DNA of 64,000 nucleotides from a bacterium (GTDB lineage Bacteria; RBG-13-61-14; DATKZS01): NCBI GenBank assembly GCA_963674965.2, contig CAXXFL010000006.1, positions 800,001 to 864,000 of the forward strand, read 5' to 3'. Shown piece by piece: positions 59,121 to 64,000 of this stretch (position 1 is its first letter; each line of letters starts with the position of its first letter). The notes under the pieces were generated by a model. It saw only the letters and a program-made list of their open reading frames with translations, ran no database searches and was not told where the DNA came from. The position numbers and the translations under genes were made by a program.

Positions 59121-61894
59121 CAATATTTCTCGATGCTTACTTTCCCGCCAAGACCAAGGTCGTCCAAGGTCTGCAATATATCAGATTCAATATTGCCAGC
59201 CTGCAATGATGAAACAGTAAGGGAAATATCTAGCCCTATTCTAAGTTCTGAACCTTGCTTGAGCTTTGGAATAAGCTTGGTTCCGAGGCGGTTCCACACC
59301 TCGGGTGGTACTGATCCAGTTAAGTGGATCGAAACACTTTGAGGCTCTGTCCCAGGCGTTTCAAGCTCTCCAGCAGGGGTAGCGGTCTCTGTTTCAGAAA
59401 CCGGATGTTCAGGTTTGGGCGGTTCCTCTGGCACTACAGCCTGCCCATTTTTAAGTGCATCCGCCTTGTCTTTTTTCAAAAGAAAAATATTGGGATCGAA
59501 TGAGACCTCATCGGTCGAAATCATTTCTTTGAACCAAAGCCGCTCATAACTTCCATCCGCCTTTTTTCCTGAAGCCAAGCCGAAATCACCGGCGTCAACG
59601 AACTCAACGACCTTTCTTCTTAGTACGGCATCAGGATCGAGAAGCCTTGTCATGGCACCCGTCAGAAATGCCTGCCGCAGACTGGCAAGAGGCCACTCTC
59701 CTGAGTCCTTAAGTGCGGGTGGCCAATGTCTGTCTATGTAACCAGCTCCAACCCCTACGTTTAGAAGATCACGAGAGCGCAAAGCAGTCACTATCTTATC
59801 GCTTACGCTCTTGGCTTCACTGGAGTGTCCTTCCCCTAGGTCAATAACACGAAGCCCATCGGACTCTCCCGTATCAGCGATGACAAGGAAACGATATCCG
59901 CTCCATATCTCATCCATCGCGTCTTCTTTTATATCTCGGACCTTGACGGCTATTTCCGTCTTGTCTGCCTTGTCATAATCAGCACCCAAGGTCCCGTCCT
60001 TCACTTCCCGTTCAACCCTTCGCCAGGCTAGCCACAACTCGACCTTTTCCCTTAACTGGCGACCAGGACGTTTGAGGCACCAGATAAGTGCGCCGGGATA
60101 TAAACGATTTTCCTTGCCGCGCTTTATCATCCACTCGCGAACTTTCTCACGTAGCGGGCCATCTCCCGTCCATTCGAGATCAGGCTCCATTACCAGCAAA
60201 GTCAATTTGGGCGTGTCGCCTACCGTGCTCCCGTCTTCCGGGAAAAGAATCGGCAAAGCCCCATCCTTTTGAAATACTTCCTTGACCAATTCTCGCATCG
60301 TCGGTTTTATCTCGCTGTCTTCATCAAGAGATGCCTTTCGGTCACTCACCGCTTTCTTGATGTTGGCCTTGTGGAAAATCTTATAACCATCAGTCCCGGC
60401 CTTGCTTACGAAGAACCCCTTGCTCTCAAGCGCCATAGCCGCGTTGTCAATTGAAGTAGTCTCGATACGAGGCTCGCCCAAGGCGAAACGCAGTTCCGGC
60501 AGTCTGGCAACCTTGTCTGACTGGCCTCCACAGCATTCAAAAAAGATCGCTGTTCCGGCCCGGCGGTGGATGTCGAGAAGCGCTCCGCTGGTGTCCATGT
60601 CGAGCGCCCGGGCGTGGCTGTGCTTCCCTGACACGTCGGTCTCGATGGCAGTCGAGAGCCTGTTTTCCCCTGCTTGGCCTAGCACCACCGCTCTGAACTG
60701 CGGCTCATCAAGCGGTGCTGACCCCAATGTAATAAGTGATTCCTTCCTGGCCCGCTGATAGCCTTCCTGGTACGCGCAGGAAATCCATTGCGCCAGCATG
60801 GCCAATGTGCCCCTGGTCTGCTGATAATGAGGTAGCGCCTGCCACTTTCTCTGGAACACCGATAGCGTGGCGGGATGGAACGGATAACAAGTCTCGAATC
60901 GTTCTTTTAGAAATTCCTTTGCCTTCGACTCTGTGGTGGCCGTATCAACCGCTGTCCACTCAGACGGAAGTTGCGCACGGCGGTCAAAGCACCACTCGGC
61001 ATATTCTCTGGCGACCTTGGATCTGGCCTTGTCCGGCCCCAAATCTTCGAACAGGCGCTTGCGGATAACTTCGCTTATCTCGGCCTCGTCGTTAGCAAAC
61101 AGGTCCTTGGCCACTCGGTTGACCGCCTTGGTAATTCGATCTTGCCACTGCATGTCCCAGTCGGTCATTTCGATTTTGCTCCGAGGCAACGAGATGACCG
61201 CCGCACCCTCTTCAAAGCCAGTCATGGCCCGGACCACGTTGTCGATGAAGGAATAAAACGGTTCCGCCATGTCCCGGTGTCGGTTCAGAAAGTTCAAAAC
61301 CTCATCAAAAAGGATGAGCACCGGGGCGTTGGCTTTTTTGAATACCTTTATCAGGGCGTCCGTGCCCGGCGGCGCGGTCTTGGCTTTCGAACCCAAGGCT
61401 TCTACCCCTTCGGCCCCGGCAAGCTGTCTGGCTAGGTCAATCCAGGGGGTTTCCTTACCCTTTTCCGGGTCCCAGGCATTGCCCACGAAAACGGCAACCT
61501 TGGCCTTGGGCACCTTGGTGATCCCGGCCTGGCTTATAAGGTTGTCCACGCCAGGATATTTTTCTGACTTGCCGCCATTGCTGGTCAAATGATATAGAGC
61601 GGTCAGGGTATGGGTCTTGCCCCCGCCAAACTGAGTGACTAAAGACAGGACCGGAGGGCTGTTCAGGGTCTGTCCGCCCAGCCTTCTCAGCACCATGCCC
61701 GCATACTCGTTTAGAGCGCGGGTAAAACATGTCCGGGAGAAAAACTGCTTGGGGTCTTTGTAATCGTCCGGCGCAGTCCCGGCCACCACCTGCTCAAGCG
61801 CGATAGCGAACTCGTCCGGGTCAAAAGACCGGCCTTCCCGGACTTCTTTGCGAGGGGTTACCAGTTTGTACCAAGGGTCCATATAATTCTCCAC
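59120..61894 (-). CDS. DUF499 AAA+ ATPase of restriction-like defence loci
   Basis: PW...TP...V, EFAI.L, Y.DP..FF..T, TQFGGGKTH (Walker A), ILFDEV (Walker B), YPFHP, QQTRGTL. Confidence 0.92.
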   Translation of the reverse strand: MENYMDPWYKLVTPRKEVREGRSFDPDEFAIALEQVVAGTAPDDYKDPKQFFSRTCFTRALNEYAGMVLRRLGGQTLNSPPVLSLVTQFGGGKTHTLTALYHLTSNGGKSEKYPGVDNLISQAGITKVPKAKVAVFVGNAWDPEKGKETPWIDLARQLAGAEGVEALGSKAKTAPPGTDALIKVFKKANAPVLILFDEVLNFLNRHRDMAEPFYSFIDNVVRAMTGFEEGAAVISLPRSKIEMTDWDMQWQDRITKAVNRVAKDLFANDEAEISEVIRKRLFEDLGPDKARSKVAREYAEWCFDRRAQLPSEWTAVDTATTESKAKEFLKERFETCYPFHPATLSVFQRKWQALPHYQQTRGTLAMLAQWISCAYQEGYQRARKESLITLGSAPLDEPQFRAVVLGQAGENRLSTAIETDVSGKHSHARALDMDTSGALLDIHRRAGTAIFFECCGGQSDKVARLPELRFALGEPRIETTSIDNAAMALESKGFFVSKAGTDGYKIFHKANIKKAVSDRKASLDEDSEIKPTMRELVKEVFQKDGALPILFPEDGSTVGDTPKLTLLVMEPDLEWTGDGPLREKVREWMIKRGKENRLYPGALIWCLKRPGRQLREKVELWLAWRRVEREVKDGTLGADYDKADKTEIAVKVRDIKEDAMDEIWSGYRFLVIADTGESDGLRVIDLGEGHSSEAKSVSDKIVTALRSRDLLNVGVGAGYIDRHWPPALKDSGEWPLASLRQAFLTGAMTRLLDPDAVLRRKVVEFVDAGDFGLASGKKADGSYERLWFKEMISTDEVSFDPNIFLLKKDKADALKNGQAVVPEEPPKPEHPVSETETATPAGELETPGTEPQSVSIHLTGSVPPEVWNRLGTKLIPKLKQGSELRIGLDISLTVSSLQAGNIESDILQTLDDLGLGGKVSIEKY

Positions 61895-61895
61895 A

Positions 61896-62294
61896 TTATG
61901 GATGATGTTCCGTTATTACCACTAATCCTGAAATGCCCTCGAAGTCCCGGGCATTGTGTGTTACCAAGGGACAACCATAAGCCAAGGCCGTTGCAGCAAT
62001 CATTGCATCGTCAACAGCTATAGGTTGGTGCCGGCGTTCAGTTCTTATGCGACCGTAGGTTTCACAGATGCCGGGCGAATATGGAATTACCAGGTAGCTC
62101 TTTAAAGTTTCTCTTAGCTTATTGACGTTGTTTTCTGACCAATTTTTCCTGAAAGCCCCTTCGAACATTTCCCCGACAGTCATGAATGAAATGGCAAGCG
62201 TGTTTCCCTCAAGGTGTTGGCGATACTGCTCCGCGAGAGTATGTCCCTTCATGAGATAGGAGACCACGTTCGTGTCCAATACCAGAGTAGCCAC
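61896..62294 (-). CDS. vapC: VapC-like PIN-domain ribonuclease
   Basis: VLDTNVVS, MTVGEM, DDAMIAATAL, LVTHNARDF. Confidence 0.92.
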   Translation of the reverse strand: MATLVLDTNVVSYLMKGHTLAEQYRQHLEGNTLAISFMTVGEMFEGAFRKNWSENNVNKLRETLKSYLVIPYSPGICETYGRIRTERRHQPIAVDDAMIAATALAYGCPLVTHNARDFEGISGLVVITEHHP

Positions 62295-62296
62295 GA

Positions 62297-63259
62297 TTAA
62301 GCCTCCCTGTGTTCAAGCCCCTTTGTAAATTGCAAGAACTGATCGAAGTCCTCATCATCAGCCCATAAATCGGAGCCTTTGCCGAGCACGTCTTCAAGTC
62401 TTCCGATAGCCTGGACGCTTTGTTCCGAGGCCAACTGCTCCAGGCTCTTGTCTTGCCAAAAATCTTCAGCGCTTATCCTCTCGAAATCATCGCCCTCCAC
62501 TGTTAATGGTTCAATGTCTTGTATTTTAATGCTAGTAATGCGGCCTGTATCGGGATTTTCTTTTGTCTCTCCCGTAATCCGAACATAGTTCCTAAGATTG
62601 TTACAAACCGTTTCCTCAAGTGACTCATCGAACTCGCATACAATGGGCTCAGCCGCAGGGGGATGAATTCTGCATTTTTCCGAGTTTTGTCTAAAATCGG
62701 CCATCAGAAGACGCCCCTCCACGGTGCGAAGGCTGCTTACCGGGCCGTGTATGCGTTCGATTACTTGACGCTGGACCTCCTGATTATAACTGAAGTTCCT
62801 TTTCAACCGTTGAGTCTTGGACTCGGCTTCTATCTCGGTAATCCCGCGGCCAAGCAGTCCGCCCAACCCTTTGAGGCTTCTAAGCACTCCCGTATCGTAT
62901 CCAGCTGGTAAAGGGCTGCCGTTACTTCCGATCTGGTCGATCCCCTCCAGGAGTTTCTCGACCGCTTCGACTCCCAGGTCCATGGGCTCGAACTGCTCGC
63001 GAGGCAGGTCGAAGCCAATCTCGAAACTCCCCTGGTTCATGGCCACGACTTCGAGCGCGCAGCTTTTCTTTATGTCCTGGGGCCTGCGCCCCGGACGCCC
63101 GCTATCTTGATGCCCGGCCAATACCAATGCGGCCCTCTGCACTGCGGCCTGGACGTTTTTACCTAGAGTGATGAGGTCTTCCAGGGAAATCTTCCCGTTC
63201 TCGGTCGCCGGTCCCTTGGCCCTAATGATCAGGATCGGTTCTGATTTATTTTTAGTCAT
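62297..63259 (-). CDS. Hypothetical protein with probable OB-like domain and acidic antitoxin-like C-terminal tail
   Basis: GSF-containing N-terminal domain; beta-rich TVEGRL...VRITG segment; tail KSLEQLASEQSV...LWADDEDFDQFL directly before vapC. Confidence 0.6.
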   Translation of the reverse strand: MTKNKSEPILIIRAKGPATENGKISLEDLITLGKNVQAAVQRAALVLAGHQDSGRPGRRPQDIKKSCALEVVAMNQGSFEIGFDLPREQFEPMDLGVEAVEKLLEGIDQIGSNGSPLPAGYDTGVLRSLKGLGGLLGRGITEIEAESKTQRLKRNFSYNQEVQRQVIERIHGPVSSLRTVEGRLLMADFRQNSEKCRIHPPAAEPIVCEFDESLEETVCNNLRNYVRITGETKENPDTGRITSIKIQDIEPLTVEGDDFERISAEDFWQDKSLEQLASEQSVQAIGRLEDVLGKGSDLWADDEDFDQFLQFTKGLEHREA

Positions 63260-63273
63260 GATTAGTTTCCTCT

Positions 63274-64000
63274 CTATCTCGGAACGGCTAACAACATTGC
63301 GTCAAGAAGACGTTTTTCTTCGCTCTCCTTAGGATACAACGCCGTGAGCGCGTTTGCGAGGCGCAGGAAATCGGGGCCTCGGTCTATTTCGGCCTTGAGA
63401 TGGGCGCGGAGGGCGTTGGTCTGGCCGGAGGATTGGAGAAGCATGGCAGCATGGATGCGGTCCAGGGTGGTCGCGGCGCGGGTCCGGCTGATGTCCTCTT
63501 CGGAGAGGGCCTGGTCGGAACGCTTTCTTTTGCCTCGCCCTTTTACCTTGGGCGCGATGGGTTCATCCGGGAAGAGATCGAGCTGGCGGGCGCCGGTCCG
63601 GTCTTCCTCTAGGCGAGATGCAACGGCCTGGGCTCCCTCTTTGCCGAATAGCTGTTTGGCCCGGTCCTTTACCGGGATCAGGCGAACCACGCCCTTCTCG
63701 GTCTTGATGACCCGGTCTTCCCATTCCTCCAGGTGGATGCCAAGAGGCTGGGCAAAACGGCGGACCACGTCGAAGATAAGCGAATAGCCCCCGGACTTGG
63801 TTTTTTTGGGGGCTTCATCCTCTTCGTCCACCTCATCGTCATCATCGGTCCCGGCTTTTGCGGCTTTTCCGTTGTCGCCACCGTTGGTGGCCTGGAGGGT
63901 CCATAGGAACAGGGCGGTGAGACGGGCGTCTTCCTCCACGGCCCCGGCTGCTCCCGCTGTGTTGGTGGCCTTGCCCTCGGCCGCGCCCAACACCTGCTCA
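63274..64000 (-). CDS. C-terminal part of a DUF1156-family adenine DNA methyltransferase-like protein (5' end outside window)
   Basis: TTLDRIHAAMLL, FLRLANALTALYP..SEEKRLLD tail typical of DUF1156 proteins; context upstream of DUF499. No catalytic motifs inside the window. Confidence 0.7.
   Translation of the reverse strand, partial: EQVLGAAEGKATNTAGAAGAVEEDARLTALFLWTLQATNGGDNGKAAKAGTDDDDEVDEEDEAPKKTKSGGYSLIFDVVRRFAQPLGIHLEEWEDRVIKTEKGVVRLIPVKDRAKQLFGKEGAQAVASRLEEDRTGARQLDLFPDEPIAPKVKGRGKRKRSDQALSEEDISRTRAATTLDRIHAAMLLQSSGQTNALRAHLKAEIDRGPDFLRLANALTALYPKESEEKRLLDAMLLAVPR

Noticed and set aside
1-64000. CRISPR array, integron attC array, rRNA
   Set aside because: No regularly spaced repeats with unique spacers, no cas or intI genes, no rRNA-like sequence seen.

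Overview
A 64-kb accessory region made of several parts, from a bacterium of moderately high GC; no core housekeeping genes, rRNA, intact tRNA or CRISPR were seen. From left to right: (1) a secreted Ca-binding/Ig-like gene split by an IS701-like element with 21-bp terminal inverted repeats and an 8-bp target duplication; (2) an ADP-ribosylglycohydrolase and a patchwork of gene fragments, including an in-frame three-way chimera built partly from copies of genes 6-8 kb away; (3) two toxin-antitoxin-like pairs (AbrB/Doc; XRE-ImmA/PIN); (4) the most striking feature, a translationally coupled operon of two different, divergent Ku-like proteins plus an ATP-dependent DNA ligase fused to a CDC48/p97-like AAA+ ATPase, lying directly behind a serine-recombinase module; (5) two serine-recombinase modules (DUF2924 type; ParB-pair type) and a tRNA 3'-end remnant (probable att site); (6) a polymorphic toxin locus: a 2900-aa transglutaminase-like/Ig/RHS protein, a candidate immunity gene, a displaced orphan RHS tip with its own candidate immunity genes, and a 7101-aa secreted multidomain protein; (7) the distal part of a DUF1156/DUF499 restriction-like defence locus with an embedded PIN gene pair. 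All family calls come from motif recognition by eye; no database search was run. The Ku-like calls are the least certain of the important ones.
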